Part shown: positions 31,399 to 41,879 of the stretch, piece after piece | Layout of the letters: every line of letters starts with the position of its first letter | How positions within the stretch are numbered: the stretch's first letter is position 1 | Source: Candidatus Hodarchaeota archaeon | Lineage (GTDB): Archaea; Asgardarchaeota; Heimdallarchaeia; Hodarchaeales; Hodarchaeaceae | DNA: 64,000 nt | NCBI GenBank assembly: GCA_029856365.1 | Contig: JAHQWW010000001.1 | Span: 90,568 to 154,567, forward strand | Direction of reading: 5' to 3' | Translations under genes and position numbers: made by a program | Notes under the pieces: model-generated | What the model was told of the DNA's origin: nothing | The model's input: only the letters and a program-made list of their open reading frames with translations | The model's database searches: none

Positions 31399-33236
31399 TA
31401 TGTCACCCCCATTTCTTTGAGTAGCTGTTCCTCTCTGAGATCAAAACGTTTTACGAAGATCTTTCGATATTCTTCACTTGTTTTGATTAATTCTTCATGA
31501 GTCCCTTGAGCAATGATGGTCCCTCGTTTCATAACCAAGATTAAATCTGCCCATCGGATCTGTGATAATCTATGAGTAATTAAAAAAGTGGTTCTCCCCT
31601 TCAGAATATTTGATATCGCATACTGAATTTTGTCTTCTGTTTCAGAATCAATTGCACTTGTGCTATCATCAAGAATCAAAATCTTCGGATCAGCCAAAAA
31701 AGCTCGAGCTATCGCCACACGTTGTCTTTCCCCACCACTAAGTTGAACTCCACGTTCCCCGACTTCCGTGTAATAACCTTTTGGGAATTTTGAAATGAAG
31801 TCATGGGCTTGGGCTTCCTTAGCTACTTTAATAACCTGATCAATTGAACCTGTTTTTCCAAAAGAGATATTCTCGAAGACTGAAGAAGAAAATAAAAACA
31901 CATCTTGTTCAATATAGGAGATTTGTGATCGTAAGGATTCAAGATGATAATCCTTGACGTCAACGCCATCAATAAGCACCTGGCCCTCTATAACATCATA
32001 TAATCTAGAGATTAATTTAGTTAAAGTCGTTTTTCCTGCACCTGTTGTCCCGACGATTGCAACAGTCTGCCCAGGTTGGACTTCAAAACCGATGTTGTGG
32101 AGTACTGGTTGAGACGAACCAGGATAGCTAAAAGTGACATTTCTAAACGAGATGCCTCCAACAATCTCTGCTGTACGTCCTTGAATGTTCTCATCAATAT
32201 CAGATTCTGTGTTCATCACTTCCAATAATCTTTCTGATCCGGATATAGCAAGTCGTACTATGGAAAAAACCCAAATCGAGATAAAAGTTGGAAATCGCAG
32301 GTTACCTAACAACCCTACATATGCAATTATCTGACCGATCTCCATTGATGGAACACCCTGAAGATTGAGAAAAATAGCATGCCCAAGGCCAAAAGTAACA
32401 GCAAATGCAATCAATAAAAGTGGGAGGTAACGAGCCATAATGTAGCCTTGTTCGACAAACGCGTTTCGAAAGAGTTGGGCGTTTTTCAAATATTTTTTCG
32501 ACTCATATTCTTCATTACTACTCCCCTTGACAACCTCGATGCCACTGAGTGTTTCATTGAGGATGGCATTCATTTGTCCAAATTCGCCTCTTAATCTAGC
32601 AGCGACTGGCCCTAATTTTCTTATGTAACTTCTCAAGGTGATCACAAAAAGAACAGTAAAGACGAGAGGTGCTAATAGTAATTCCGTTGGGTAAAATAAG
32701 AAAATAAAGAGAATTGGAATGACAAGGGCAGAGAAGGATTCAAAAATTAATGATAAAGCGGGTGATATTAAAAAGTTGAGCATACGGACGTCGTTTGTAG
32801 TTCTTGCCATAATGTCTCCAATTTTCTGCTGGTCGTGGAAGCTCTGACTTTTTCCTAAAAGGTTGGTATAAAATTCCTGTCTCGTATCTCTCTCCATCCG
32901 TTGCGCCAGTGTCTCCCTGAGAAGATTGTTGACGAGATTCAGAAATGGACTGCCAACACCAATTATAAAAATTACTACAACATATTGAAAAAGACGGTCT
33001 CCCATTCCCGCCATAAATTCATCAATAGCTACTCCTATGATAACCATCAAAGCAGAGTTTAATATAGAAGTGAGAATCGTGCCAAAAAAGATGATTAACA
33101 CAAAAAATTTATTGGTTCCATGAAATATATGAGCAATGATCCAGCGTTTAGCCCCTTTTGACCTGATGTCACCAAAGGGGTCTTCTTTTGCTGTGAATTC
33201 CATTTTGTGGTTTTGTACTCTAGTCCCTGTAGCCAT
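31398..33236 (-). CDS. ABC exporter, fused permease/ATPase (heterodimer subunit, MdlA-like)
   Basis: GTTGAGKT, LSGGERQ, degenerate Walker B LDDSTS. Confidence 0.92.
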   Translation of the reverse strand: MATGTRVQNHKMEFTAKEDPFGDIRSKGAKRWIIAHIFHGTNKFFVLIIFFGTILTSILNSALMVIIGVAIDEFMAGMGDRLFQYVVVIFIIGVGSPFLNLVNNLLRETLAQRMERDTRQEFYTNLLGKSQSFHDQQKIGDIMARTTNDVRMLNFLISPALSLIFESFSALVIPILFIFLFYPTELLLAPLVFTVLFVITLRSYIRKLGPVAARLRGEFGQMNAILNETLSGIEVVKGSSNEEYESKKYLKNAQLFRNAFVEQGYIMARYLPLLLIAFAVTFGLGHAIFLNLQGVPSMEIGQIIAYVGLLGNLRFPTFISIWVFSIVRLAISGSERLLEVMNTESDIDENIQGRTAEIVGGISFRNVTFSYPGSSQPVLHNIGFEVQPGQTVAIVGTTGAGKTTLTKLISRLYDVIEGQVLIDGVDVKDYHLESLRSQISYIEQDVFLFSSSVFENISFGKTGSIDQVIKVAKEAQAHDFISKFPKGYYTEVGERGVQLSGGERQRVAIARAFLADPKILILDDSTSAIDSETEDKIQYAISNILKGRTTFLITHRLSQIRWADLILVMKRGTIIAQGTHEELIKTSEEYRKIFVKRFDLREEQLLKEMGVT

Positions 33237-33339
33237 GGAAGCTGTATCCTAATTAGTTCTGGAAGTGATATGCATTAAATCCTAATATTATTGAAAAGCT
33301 TTGTAGGTATAGGCTTTTTCAATTTAAAAATAAAATTAG

Positions 33340-34080
33340 TCATGTTCTCAAATTCCAATTAATTTTCCTTGGATTATATCTAGGTTTGATAATAATCTCT
33401 GCAGTGTTTACATTTTCTGATTCAGAAATTAGATAGTAGCATGCATGAGCTACATCTTCAGGTTCCATACTCCAGTCTACTTTTTCAGGTTTCTTTCCTC
33501 CGAAACCTGTGACCACACTGCCTGGACACACAACTGATACTTTTATCTTGTATTCCTTGAGATCCTCTCTTAATGACCATGTATAGCCTACTACGGCATG
33601 TTTAGATGCAGCATACAATGTTCCTGTTTTAAATCCATTTTTACCTGCAATACTTGCAATATTGATGATTTGACCTGATTCTCGTGCCACCATATGGGGA
33701 ACAACATATTTAGTAACGAGAAAAACTCCCTTGACATTGACATCAAACATATAATGGTAATCATCTAATGTAAATTCATCAGCTCGTTTGAATCGTGCTA
33801 CTCCCGCGTTATTTATTAAAATATCAACTTTTCCAAACTGGTCAATTGTTTTATGGACTAAAGCTTTCACCTGTTCTTCATTAGTAACATCGGTTGGAAT
33901 AATCAAAGATTGTACATTGAATTCATCAATTTCTCTTTGTACCCGTTCTAATTGAGTTTTGTCCCTCGCAGCTAAAATCAAGCTTATATTATTATTTTTT
34001 GCAGCAAATTTTAAACTGATGGCCTTTCCAATACCCTTGGAAGCTCCTGTAATAATTGCGGTTTTTATCTTATCATTCAT
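33340..34080 (-). CDS. SDR family oxidoreductase
   Basis: TGASKGIG, NNAG, YAASK. Confidence 0.92.
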   Translation of the reverse strand: MNDKIKTAIITGASKGIGKAISLKFAAKNNNISLILAARDKTQLERVQREIDEFNVQSLIIPTDVTNEEQVKALVHKTIDQFGKVDILINNAGVARFKRADEFTLDDYHYMFDVNVKGVFLVTKYVVPHMVARESGQIINIASIAGKNGFKTGTLYAASKHAVVGYTWSLREDLKEYKIKVSVVCPGSVVTGFGGKKPEKVDWSMEPEDVAHACYYLISESENVNTAEIIIKPRYNPRKINWNLRT

Positions 34081-34176
34081 TAGTTTTCCTCCAGAATAGT
34101 AACAACTTACTTAATCAAAGTTAGAAATTTATTTGAGAAAAAAGTCGCGATAACAAAATCGTTATCCGTTATTCTT

Positions 34177-34638
34177 ATGACGTTAATTAATTGGAGGAAC
34201 CGACAAGTGGGTGATTCATTCACAATCAATATAGAAAAAACTGGCCCAATACAGTTCACAACTACATTCGATAAAGCTTTCCCTGAATTATTGTTTGATG
34301 AGGATAAAACAGTCGGGGGGGAAGATAAATACCCCAATCCTTCCAGAGTTTTAACTGCTGCAGTCGCCAGCTGTCTTTCAGCCTCTCTTACCTTATGTTT
34401 AAACAAATCGAGAATTCCAGTAGACCATATGAAAACTATAGCAACATGTTCAATAACAAACAATGCAGAAGGATATCAAAGAATAGCACAAATTGATGTG
34501 AAAATAATCCCAAAGTGGGATTCAGATATTAATATGAAAAAGAAAACTCGTTGTGCTAAGATTTTCAAAAATTTATGTGTGGCAACCAATGCAATAATTA
34601 ATGAAGTTCCCGTCAATGTTGATGTCCAATTAGAGTGA
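34177..34638 (+). CDS. OsmC/Ohr family protein
   Basis: DEDKTVGG...PNPSRVLTAAVASC and a second Cys in NLCVAT. Confidence 0.8.
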   Translation: MTLINWRNRQVGDSFTINIEKTGPIQFTTTFDKAFPELLFDEDKTVGGEDKYPNPSRVLTAAVASCLSASLTLCLNKSRIPVDHMKTIATCSITNNAEGYQRIAQIDVKIIPKWDSDINMKKKTRCAKIFKNLCVATNAIINEVPVNVDVQLE

Positions 34639-34686
34639 GGATCATCACATACGATACAAGTTATCTTGTATATTCTATAATTGTAA

Positions 34687-35556
34687 TTAAACTTCTTTCA
34701 TTTCCACTTTTTTACCTATTGCAGCGTCATAATAAATTTTCCTTGGAGTACTTTCAAAGACTCCATTTGGGCAACGTTCAACGCAAAGATTACATCCAAT
34801 GCATTTTTCTTGTTCTATACTAGTAATTTGATTGCCAGGCTTCTTATCAATGGCTTTCGCATAACACGTTTGCAGACATATATCACAATCTGGATCGCAC
34901 CTGTCAGGATTAACCACCTGACTTATTGAAAAGGATGGTAAAAGGCCCCATCTAATTTCTGGGGTGTAAAGGCCAGCACAATATTGATCACAGTTACAGA
35001 TGCAATCAACTTTTGGTCTTAATCCCCATAATACAGTTCCGTAATGCCCGAGTTTTCGTTTCTCAATTATCATTTCTCTTGCTTCATCCAGATCTATGTA
35101 TCTACCCTGTCCTTTGTCTTTCATGTGCTTTTTTCGATTGAATGTAGCATTATGATTAAGAAAGATACATCGTAAATCCTCTCCTCCTCCTGCTGACTTC
35201 TTACAAGAGCAATAGGAAAGATAAACATCCTGTGCATTATCTAATACTTGCATCATTTCATCAAGCGAAGTAACCACTTGCCCTCCGAGAAAATTTCGAG
35301 TAAAATAGTTATAGAAAGCTTTTTTCAAGCCAGTAAAAGGTTTTCTATTTACACCTCCTGACTCTGCAATATCTGTTGTTGCTCCATCTACAAATCCTTG
35401 CAATTTCGGAGAATAAAAATCGTACCAAAGTTCACGGAATCGTCCAGGAAGAATCTTTAGAAATCTTCCAGATCGAATATCATAGGATTCCTTTTGAAGA
35501 TACCAAGCCTTTCGAGTATGTTCAAAACAGTATTTACACATAGTGAAGCCATCCAT
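34687..35556 (-). CDS. 4Fe-4S binding protein with additional Cys clusters
   Basis: MCKYC, CSCK, CICNCDQYC; C-terminal CDICLQTC and CIGCNLCVERCP. Confidence 0.8.
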   Translation of the reverse strand: MDGFTMCKYCFEHTRKAWYLQKESYDIRSGRFLKILPGRFRELWYDFYSPKLQGFVDGATTDIAESGGVNRKPFTGLKKAFYNYFTRNFLGGQVVTSLDEMMQVLDNAQDVYLSYCSCKKSAGGGEDLRCIFLNHNATFNRKKHMKDKGQGRYIDLDEAREMIIEKRKLGHYGTVLWGLRPKVDCICNCDQYCAGLYTPEIRWGLLPSFSISQVVNPDRCDPDCDICLQTCYAKAIDKKPGNQITSIEQEKCIGCNLCVERCPNGVFESTPRKIYYDAAIGKKVEMKEV

Positions 35557-35585
35557 ACATCTAGAATTTCATTATCTTTTTCAAT

Positions 35586-36338
35586 CTATCGACTGGCTAA
35601 TCCTCCTGCAATCTCACCTCCATCAATCACAAAACATTGCCCAGTAATGAACTTTGCTTCGTCAGAAGCGAGAAATGCAAAGAGAGATGCCACTTCTTCT
35701 GGTTGGCCAAGCCTACCTAAGGGAATTTTACTTTCACATTCAGGCAGCGTATCAGGTGTGTATTCTGCTTCCTGCATTGGTGTTAGAATGTAACCAGGGC
35801 AGATAACGTTTACACGTACTGTAGGGGCTAATTCTAGTGCCATTGAACGAGTTAATTCAATAACACCTGCTTTTGAAGCATTATAATCAGCATAATAAGG
35901 ATATCCCATAATACCATTAGTTGAACCCATGTTTAAAATAACTCCACCCCCATTTTCTAACATTCTTCGTGCTGCCTGTTGGGCTACAAAGAACATACCA
36001 TTCAGGTTAACGTCCATTATGCTTAGCCATTCTTCAGGGGTTATTTCCATAAAGGGATGTCTGATACTGATTCCAGCATTGTTAATCAAAATGTCTAATC
36101 CTTCCAGCATATTATCTAATTCTTCGAATGCATGGGCTACAGCTTTGTAATTCGAGACATCGGCCCCAATGGTGCCGCTTAGTGCAGGTAATTTTTCCTC
36201 AATTTGCTGACGAGTCTCATCATTAATATCCAATACAACAACACAGGCTTCTTCTTCTAAAAAACGCGTTGCTGTTGCTGCACCGATACCCCTCGCTCCA
36301 CCAGTAATGAGAACCCGTTTATCTTTTAATCCACGCAT
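35586..36338 (-). CDS. SDR family oxidoreductase (FabG-like)
   Basis: TGGARGIG, NNAG, YNASK; true start at MRGLKDK (36338), since the longer ORF overlaps the upstream gene. Confidence 0.9.
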   Translation of the reverse strand: MRGLKDKRVLITGGARGIGAATATRFLEEEACVVVLDINDETRQQIEEKLPALSGTIGADVSNYKAVAHAFEELDNMLEGLDILINNAGISIRHPFMEITPEEWLSIMDVNLNGMFFVAQQAARRMLENGGGVILNMGSTNGIMGYPYYADYNASKAGVIELTRSMALELAPTVRVNVICPGYILTPMQEAEYTPDTLPECESKIPLGRLGQPEEVASLFAFLASDEAKFITGQCFVIDGGEIAGGLASR

Positions 36339-36354
36339 GATTTTCTCCTTATCC

Positions 36355-38220
36355 TTATGATTTATTTTCAAGTTTAGGAAAGAACAGTCCTTCTGTAAAA
36401 AAAGACTGGAAATTTGGAAATCTTGTGAGTTCGAGGCGTTCCACGCTTGTCGCAATAGTATTTGCTGTCTTACGAGCATCCATGGACAATAAGAAGGTTC
36501 TTCCTCCTTTTTCTGCAGTGTTCCCTTGAATAATGAAACATTCATTGGGTAAATTAGGTAATAAACCGATAGTTTTTACACTGTTAATATTTAAATTAGA
36601 ACCAAATACACCAGCAATATTAACCGAGTCAATCTCTTCAATCCCTATGTTTAGATGAGTAGTTAATGTTCGGATAGCTGCTAGTGTTGCTGCTTTTGCT
36701 TTCTGGATTGCCTCAACATCTTTTCGGGTCAGATAAATCGCCTGATTTGTTGAAGTTTTTTGAGCTGGAACAAGAATAATTTTCTTTATTAGTTCACCTG
36801 ATTCAGTAAAGAGCCGCCCTCGGTAATCTAATTGGCCATTGACTAAAAGTTCCGCAAGAATGTCAACAATTCCAGTTCCACAAATTCCTTTAGGTTTTGT
36901 TAACTGTATGGTTTGATATTGATAATCAGTATTCACAATTTTGAATTTTTCAATAGCTCCTGCCACTCCTCGCATACCACAAGCAATATGTTGTCCTTCA
37001 AAAGCACCCCCTGCTGCTACTGATGCAGCATATAGATTACTATCTTTCGAAAGGATTATCTCTGAATTCGTTCCGAAATCAATGAGTAAATGGATTCCTT
37101 CTTTTTGATTGAAACCTGTATAAAGAATATCTACTACAGCATCTGATCCGATAAATCCACCTATTAAAGGGGGCATGGTAATAATAGCATTAGGTAACTT
37201 GGATAGGTTTTTCTCTTTATCTATGTCTGTACTGAAAAACGACAATTCCTTGGAGATGACAGGAACAAATGGGGCACGAGATAATCCTGTAACTGGCAGA
37301 TTTAGGAATAAATGGTGCATTGCAGAGTTACCAACGACGATTACCTCGTAAATATTAGTAGGAGAAGAGTCTGACGATGAAGTCAGACTTATTAACAGCT
37401 CTGAAATACCACTAAGGACTTTATTTTGTAACTGTTGTTGCTTAAAGGGCGAAGCTAAAGCATAAGTTAACCGAGACATAATGTCTCTTCCAAACTCAAT
37501 CTGTGGATTAATGATAGAATCTGCACCAAGAATGATTCCTTTTTCAAGATCAATTAAAGTAGCTACAATAGATGTTGTTCCCACATCAATAACAGCACCG
37601 AGAAGTTGAGGTTTCTGCTTATTTATTTCAATCAGTTTGCTATCTTGTCTATCAATAACAGTGAAGACTTCTCCATTCTCACCTCGTAGTGTATGAGCTA
37701 TTCGAGAGAGAATTTCAGGATTGATAACTGGTGGTGGCTTTGTTGTTAGTTCTTCATTAGCACTTAATAAACGTGAAAAGTCATCCTGAGCATTTTCCAA
37801 TGTAGAAAGTGGTACTGATAAATTTTGAACGAATAATCTAGGGTGAAACGGAAAATTCAGCTGATAATTACTGTAAGAATCTTGAATTTTGAATATATTG
37901 TCTTGATACTCGCTTAAATCCAAAATTGTGATCTTTAAATCTACATCTCCTGGAATTACCTGACACGCTAAACGAATATCTTTGAAAATAGCATCTCCTA
38001 ATAACTGTTTTTCAACATTAGTTGGAGGATTCATTTTTCTAGCTGCTGCTGAATCAAGTGTTAATTCACCTGAAATATGAATCCGACACTTACCACATTT
38101 TCCATTCCCTTTACATAATGAACTGATAACATTCTTCTTGATTCCATCATGAATAATGGTTAGGAGGTTATTTCCATTTGGTGAGAAATGAAGAATTTGG
38201 TTTAAATTAGTGATTTCCAA
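36355..38220 (-). CDS. ASKHA-domain reductive activator of corrinoid proteins (RACo/DUF4445) with an N-terminal 2Fe-2S domain
   Basis: CKGNGKCGKC...RLAC, DVGTT, GGFIGSD, DFGTNSE, GICGTG, AGVFG. Confidence 0.88.
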   Translation of the reverse strand: MEITNLNQILHFSPNGNNLLTIIHDGIKKNVISSLCKGNGKCGKCRIHISGELTLDSAAARKMNPPTNVEKQLLGDAIFKDIRLACQVIPGDVDLKITILDLSEYQDNIFKIQDSYSNYQLNFPFHPRLFVQNLSVPLSTLENAQDDFSRLLSANEELTTKPPPVINPEILSRIAHTLRGENGEVFTVIDRQDSKLIEINKQKPQLLGAVIDVGTTSIVATLIDLEKGIILGADSIINPQIEFGRDIMSRLTYALASPFKQQQLQNKVLSGISELLISLTSSSDSSPTNIYEVIVVGNSAMHHLFLNLPVTGLSRAPFVPVISKELSFFSTDIDKEKNLSKLPNAIITMPPLIGGFIGSDAVVDILYTGFNQKEGIHLLIDFGTNSEIILSKDSNLYAASVAAGGAFEGQHIACGMRGVAGAIEKFKIVNTDYQYQTIQLTKPKGICGTGIVDILAELLVNGQLDYRGRLFTESGELIKKIILVPAQKTSTNQAIYLTRKDVEAIQKAKAATLAAIRTLTTHLNIGIEEIDSVNIAGVFGSNLNINSVKTIGLLPNLPNECFIIQGNTAEKGGRTFLLSMDARKTANTIATSVERLELTRFPNFQSFFTEGLFFPKLENKS

Positions 38221-38528
38221 GCGTGGAATGGTTATTCCCTTCTATAAATAGTACGGATTAACTCCAAATTACAACAACACTTCTTCTGAATGTTTATAGT
38301 TGCCCCATTCTCTAGGCTTATTAATCCCTGTTTGTTACTCAACTATGAAGTAAGTTTTCGCATTTTGATATGTCACCTTTTGCTAAAACAGCAGACGAGA
38401 GTGGGATGAATCGTCCTCTGGACATATTCATCCCCTAAGGTTTTCTTGAAAATAGAATATTAACGAATCAGTTATTAAATTATTTTTTATTTTGCTGTTT
38501 GCTACTGAATAAAAAGGATTAATGAGAG

Positions 38529-38813
38529 ATGACGAAGAAAGGGGAAATTAAAGAATGGCTGTCACGTATTCAATATGGTTCGAAGAACTCTCAAGATTTT
38601 ACAATTATTTTCCGTGATTTCAATGAATACATCGAACTTTCCTTTGAAGAATTTATGGAACGGCGCCGAATAGATAGTATACCTTTACATAGAATCTCTC
38701 AGGTACGTGAGCAAGGGGTTCCAGTTTTCACCAGACCAAATTTCTGCTCGAGTTGTGGTAACCCTCTAGAAGCGAATAAATGTCGAAACTCTCAATGTCC
38801 AAAGCCTGTATGA
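38529..38813 (+). CDS. DUF504/MJ1316-like protein with a C-terminal Zn ribbon
   Basis: IPLHRI motif; CSSC...CRNSQC. Confidence 0.6.
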   Translation: MTKKGEIKEWLSRIQYGSKNSQDFTIIFRDFNEYIELSFEEFMERRRIDSIPLHRISQVREQGVPVFTRPNFCSSCGNPLEANKCRNSQCPKPV

Positions 38814-39015
38814 AATAGCAAGAACTTTATCATAACAATTCAAAAATTATGTGATCAAAATTCCTCTTAATCCAGCGAAAGTAAATTATTACTGGAATTC
38901 AACTTCCACTATCTTTATGTTTAAAAAATTGGATGAAATTATCGTACATATTACGTTATACTCTTTGGTGAACGTTAATCATCACTAAAATTCTTAACAA
39001 AAGAGTGACTCTAAG

Positions 39016-39948
39016 ATGGAAACTGAAATTATTGTCACGGATTCTCTGACAAAGTTTTATGGAAAAATTCGAGGTATTGAAGATATTTCGGTGAAAATTC
39101 CCAGTGGAGGTGTTGGATTTCTCGGGCCGAATGCAGCAGGGAAAACTACCCTCATTCGGACGTTACTCGGTATTATTCGGCCGACACGGGGTAGTGCACA
39201 GGTGCTAGGATACGACATTCGCCATGAAATCAATGAGGTTCGAGACCGAATTGGATATGTGCCAGAATTTAACACTTCTTTCATTCCTGATACAACCGCT
39301 ATGAGTTTTGTGGCATTTTGCGGCCGAATGAATGGTTTATCCTATCCTGAAAGTAAACAACGAGCAAGTGATAGCTTATTCTACGTTGGGTTGGGCGAAG
39401 AGCGTTACAGAAAATTTGACACCTTTTCTCTTGGAATGAAACAAAAGGTAAAATTAGCTGTTGCCTTGGTGCATGATCCAGAAATTATTATTTGTGACGA
39501 ACCAACCAATGGATTAGATCCATCTGGACGTGTCCAGATGCTAGAATTAATTCGAAATTTACAGATTGATGAAGGGAAAAATGTTATTCTTAGTTCCCAT
39601 CTCCTTCGTGACGTCGAAAAAACCACTGATTATGCATTGGTCATATCAGAGGGAGAAATTCTTGCTAAAGGGAATATTAGGGAGTTAACAGCTAATAAGC
39701 GTTCAACAGTGAGTGTAAAAGTGAAATCAAAGTATAATGATCTCCTAGAAGCACTTGAAGTTAACGGATTGAATGTATGGACTGATGGAGCGTTTATTGA
39801 GGTTGAAAAAACCCCTGCTGTTGAAAAGGAAATTTTCATAATCGCTAATCGGATAGGAGTTGATATCAGATATCTAGGGAGTCGGTCAAGAAGCCTGGAG
39901 GATGTATTTGTGAGCTTATTTAAAGAACAGGAGGTTCAAATTCATTGA
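39016..39948 (+). CDS. ABC transporter ATP-binding protein
   Basis: GPNAAGKT, FSLGMKQ, CDEPT, SSH. Confidence 0.92.
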   Translation: METEIIVTDSLTKFYGKIRGIEDISVKIPSGGVGFLGPNAAGKTTLIRTLLGIIRPTRGSAQVLGYDIRHEINEVRDRIGYVPEFNTSFIPDTTAMSFVAFCGRMNGLSYPESKQRASDSLFYVGLGEERYRKFDTFSLGMKQKVKLAVALVHDPEIIICDEPTNGLDPSGRVQMLELIRNLQIDEGKNVILSSHLLRDVEKTTDYALVISEGEILAKGNIRELTANKRSTVSVKVKSKYNDLLEALEVNGLNVWTDGAFIEVEKTPAVEKEIFIIANRIGVDIRYLGSRSRSLEDVFVSLFKEQEVQIH

Positions 39949-40943
39949 GTGAGTCAATCAAAAGTTCAGAGGCTTACGTCAAAAAATTTGCTTTTAGACC
40001 TTTTGACGGTGTTCGCCGTGGGCGCATCTACAGATTAGGGGCTATTTCTTGGCAATGGTGGATTCATGAATGGAAACGCTCCAAAGCAGTTAAATTCCTG
40101 ATAGGATTTTTGATATTTACTTTTATATTGATGAACATGTTTTTACTTTTCACTAGAGATATGATGCTTGCAATGGATCCTGATCTTACAACGAATGATC
40201 TATTAGAAGATAATCTCTTTACGATGGTTCGTGGAATAGTTTCTTTCGGAATATCTTTTGAAGTTGAAAGTGATAATGGCATGTCAGAAGCCCAATTCAA
40301 CTTTGGGGGTACCAGTATCTTTATACTCATTCTCTTAGTTATTGTAGGATCAGGGCTCATAGCTGACGATATTTCCAATCAAACAACTGAAATATATTAT
40401 AGTAAGTTAGAAAAATATGAATATGTGTTGGGTAAATTTCTAGCATTCTTTATTTTTGGGAATATAGTACTTACATTACCTTATGTCTTTGAATTCTTCC
40501 TCTTAGTAGTTGGTCTAGGAAATATCGACCTAATAACTGCTTTTCCAGCTTTAGTGCACGTAATCTTATTTACCGAAATTATTACAATTACTTATTCAGC
40601 AATAATCCTAGCCTTTTCTTCCCTTACGAATCGACGTTTATATGCTGGATTAACATCGTTTATGCTTATATTCACAGTAAATATGATAGTTTCCTCCTTA
40701 ACACTTTCAGGAGGTGAAGCTGGTTTTGAAATATTATTCGATGTGCTTACTGTTTTGTTATTAACATCCTATATATTAACTGGAGCGACTACAGTTGAAT
40801 ATCGCTCTTTTAGAGGCATTCAGTCAATAAATTTGATTGATGGTGTTGGAATTGAAGGCTGGATGGTACTAGGGGCATTGGGTCTCTTCATATTGTTAGG
40901 TTTTCTTATTGTTGTTGTTCAGGTCTGGAGGCACTCAAAATGA
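39945..40943 (+). CDS. ABC-2 type permease
   Basis: GSGLIADD...YYSKL...YVLGK; multiple TM helices; overlaps both neighbouring ATPase genes. Confidence 0.85.
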   Translation: MSESIKSSEAYVKKFAFRPFDGVRRGRIYRLGAISWQWWIHEWKRSKAVKFLIGFLIFTFILMNMFLLFTRDMMLAMDPDLTTNDLLEDNLFTMVRGIVSFGISFEVESDNGMSEAQFNFGGTSIFILILLVIVGSGLIADDISNQTTEIYYSKLEKYEYVLGKFLAFFIFGNIVLTLPYVFEFFLLVVGLGNIDLITAFPALVHVILFTEIITITYSAIILAFSSLTNRRLYAGLTSFMLIFTVNMIVSSLTLSGGEAGFEILFDVLTVLLLTSYILTGATTVEYRSFRGIQSINLIDGVGIEGWMVLGALGLFILLGFLIVVVQVWRHSK

Positions 40944-41860
40944 TTGAATTACATGAAGTTTCAAAATCGTTTGGAGATGTAGTCGCTCTTTCTCGCTTAA
41001 GTATGTCAGCTACGGACGGTCACGTTACAGGTTTTCTTGGACCAAATGGAGCAGGTAAATCCACAACATTAAAACTTATTATGGGAGAAATTCGTCCAGA
41101 TACTGGAACAGTTAGAGTGTTCGATGAAAATCCTATCAATAATGCTGTGTTAAAGAGACGAATTGGATATGTATCAGAACATGAAGATCTATATCCTTGG
41201 ATGAAAGGAAAACAATTTGTCACCTCTTTAGCCAAGCTAATTCTTCCCTTAGAACAAGCTGAAGCAGCCGCTAAGGAAGCTTTAGAGAAAGTAGGTCTCA
41301 GTGTCAAGGGAAAACGTATCAAATCTTACTCGAAAGGTATGAAACAACGTTTGAAGGTTGCAGCTGCTATCGTCCATAATCCTGATCTTCTTATTCTGGA
41401 TGAACCTTTTGGTGGACTTGATCCACTAGGTCGTCGAGAAATGAAAAGACTTGTCTCAATATTAAATAATGAAGGGGTTACAGTCTTAATCTCAAGCCAT
41501 ATATTATATGAGCTAGATGAAATGAGTACAAGAATGGTTTTAATCCACAGGGGGCAAGCACTAGCAGAAGGGCCTCCTGAAGAGGTACTCAACCTTATTG
41601 ATCAATTCCCACATCAAATTTTATTCCGTGCCCCGCGTAATGAATTACAAAAGCTTTCTAAACTTTTGATTGGAGAGGATGTAGTTAAATCTATCACTTT
41701 TGCGTCAGATAAAGCAAAAAATGATCTTATAGTAATTACGGATACTCCTAGTAAGTTTTATCCTATCGTTACACAAGTGATTGCAGAGAATGGTCTTCAA
41801 ATAAATCATTTAGAAAGCCAAACCGATAATATTGAAGCAATATTTGATTTCTTAACATAA
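40940..41860 (+). CDS. ABC transporter ATP-binding protein
   Basis: GPNGAGKS, YSKGMKQ, LDEP, SSH. Confidence 0.92.
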   Translation: MIELHEVSKSFGDVVALSRLSMSATDGHVTGFLGPNGAGKSTTLKLIMGEIRPDTGTVRVFDENPINNAVLKRRIGYVSEHEDLYPWMKGKQFVTSLAKLILPLEQAEAAAKEALEKVGLSVKGKRIKSYSKGMKQRLKVAAAIVHNPDLLILDEPFGGLDPLGRREMKRLVSILNNEGVTVLISSHILYELDEMSTRMVLIHRGQALAEGPPEEVLNLIDQFPHQILFRAPRNELQKLSKLLIGEDVVKSITFASDKAKNDLIVITDTPSKFYPIVTQVIAENGLQINHLESQTDNIEAIFDFLT

Positions 41861-41879
41861 TATAGTATAGGTGTAAAAA

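Noticed and set aside
36339-36545. N-terminal extension of the SDR ORF
   Set aside because: Overlaps the RACo gene in another frame; the SDR fold begins at ATG 36338
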